NCBI GenBank assembly: GCA_013416795.1
Contig: RQSC01000019.1
Location: 7,648-37,315 of the forward strand
DNA length: 29,668 nucleotides
Reading direction: 5' to 3'
Source: Prasinococcaceae sp. CCMP 1430
Lineage: Eukaryota; Plantae; Prasinodermophyta
In this document: positions 28,427 through 29,668 of the stretch, in pieces
Layout of the letters: the number at the start of each line of letters is the position of its first letter
How positions within the stretch are numbered: position 1 is the first letter of the stretch
The notes under the pieces: generated by a model
Databases searched by the model: none
Seen by the model: the letters and a program-made list of their open reading frames with translations, nothing else
What the model was told of the DNA's origin: nothing
Made by a program: the position numbers and the translations under genes

Positions 28427-29052
28427 CTACTGCGCGCTCGTGACTGTCGCCTGCCCCTTCACGGTCGCGTAGGTGATGTCGCCCGACGGCACGTAGGGCG
28501 CGGGCGGGGCCATCTGAGAGCCCACGGGCGGCGGCTGTGCGACCGGCACTATGCCTTGGTGGGCTCGCCGGTGGACATGCCTGGATACGCTGGTGGCGCG
28601 ATGGTCACAACGCTTGCCGCTGGCGGCGCGGCCATTTGCACAATAACCGGGGCCTCCTTCTTGCGGAAGCAGCAGCACTTGCACCAATAGCACCCTCCAA
28701 TGCTGAGGAGAATGATGGCGAGGACGATGCCGACGATCATGCCGACGAAGGCCCCCACGTCAGCCTCGCAGCAATTGCTGGCTGAAAGCCAGCCGCAGCA
28801 CATCTCGTCGTCGCCGACTTGCGAGTAGCACGCTCCTTTTGCGATCTTCGTGAAGGGGTGGGACTTGCAATCGCTCTTCTTCACGCAATGGGTGCCCAAC
28901 GTGTATTCCGAAGGGCACTCGGAGGAGTCGGAGTCGATTCCATCAAAGAATGCCTCGGCCCCGACGGCGCCGCTCGAGGCAAGTGCGGCGAGCGCGGTCG
29001 CGAGCGCGGCCAGGTGCGCCGCGGCATGCGCGGAACTGCGCAACGTCGCCAT
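28427..29052 (-). CDS. Single-pass Cys-rich membrane protein with Shisa/WBP1-like architecture; apparent 1-nt frameshift near 28554
   Basis: Signal-like N-terminus, 8-Cys ectodomain, [33 protein letters not shown], Pro-rich tail with PPAY. As written it stops at 28549; one extra G in AAGGCA joins [12 protein letters not shown]...* (208 aa). Confidence 0.75.
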
Positions 29053-29107
29053 CTCGGCGGGCGTGTGCCTGGCGTGTGCGCGGTGCGGCGTGCGGGTGCG
29101 CGGTCGT

Positions 29108-29578
29108 TTGCAGGTTGAGCTCCTCGGCGGTGTCGCACAGCGCCCTGTCCATCAGCTCGTAATCCTGCGCGGGCAGTTCGACGCCAGGGAACAGGTCGCT
29201 CAGGATGTTGTTGAACAGCGGAATGTCCTGCTGCAGGAACTTGGGCTCGTTGACGTCCTTGAGAGAGCGAAGCATGAGGATGTCCTCTTTCTCCTCGGGG
29301 AACTTCTGCTTGATCTCGCCGGCGGCGCGCAGCACGGAGATCACCGCGCGCATGCCGTAGTCATAGTGCGTCTGCGAGGACAGCTGCTCAGAGCAGAGGC
29401 GATAGGTCGCCACAAGCTTCCGGGCGAGCGCGCGCGCGTCAAGATAGCCGTTGCTGTACAGCAGGATCTCGGCAATCATCGCGTAGTCGGGCACCATCAT
29501 CGCCACGGTGCGGAAGAGCGCCTTCAGGTTGTCTGGCAGCTCCGACCGTCCGGCGTAGCCGGGGTTCATGGTGATGAA
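29108..29578 (-). CDS. Axonemal dynein heavy chain, internal exon (AAA1 region), truncated at its 3' side
   Basis: [59 protein letters not shown] and SDLFPGV. Preceded by a CTGAC branch and the acceptor CTCGCTCGCAG. Homology ends at NLQ with no donor site. Confidence 0.95.
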
Positions 29579-29668
29579 CTGCGAGCGAGAGAGCGCAGGG
29601 TACGCAGCGGTCAGCAAGACGGCTTGGAGCGGGGTGGGGTGGGATGGGATGGAGCGGGGGGGGGGGGG

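Noticed and set aside
1-29668. tRNA, rRNA, transposase, retroelement or viral genes
   Set aside because: No cloverleaf, rRNA-like segment, terminal inverted repeats, RT/integrase or NCLDV motifs were recognised by eye. tRNAscan-SE, Infernal and RepeatModeler would be needed to exclude them formally.

Overview
This is a very GC-rich (about 70%) eukaryotic genomic window with GT-AG spliceosomal introns and CTGAC-type branch points. The plant-like organellar DNA polymerase, DNAJC11, SLC25A44 and AT74-like genes suggest a green alga (inference). I saw no rRNA, tRNA, CRISPR array or recognisable transposon. All product calls come from motifs read by eye; no database search was run. Complete or near-complete genes: a PhyH-like dioxygenase, an 823-aa coiled-coil protein, a CBA1-like B12-binding protein with a Cys/Lys repeat tail, organellar DNA polymerase POP, DNAJC11, an 852-aa membrane protein resembling a degenerate RHD3/GBP GTPase, GNL3, a GT15 mannosyltransferase, a TPR-Hsp70 fusion and a Shisa-like membrane protein. 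Fragments: a 2OG-Fe(II) oxygenase, 14-3-3, two histidine phosphatases, SLC25A44 and an axonemal dynein heavy chain. The window behaves like a mosaic. At about nine points one gene stops mid-domain and an unrelated gene begins, often with no N gap. A roughly 410-bp bacterial esterase fragment and a 102-bp low-GC patch also sit inside exons. Assembly chimerism is the leading explanation and should be excluded before any biological reading. The best biological leads are the HOP-type TPR-Hsp70 fusion, the CBA1 polycationic tail, the bacterial insert, and introns with a GT-rich 5' half and CA-rich 3' half that could fold back on themselves.
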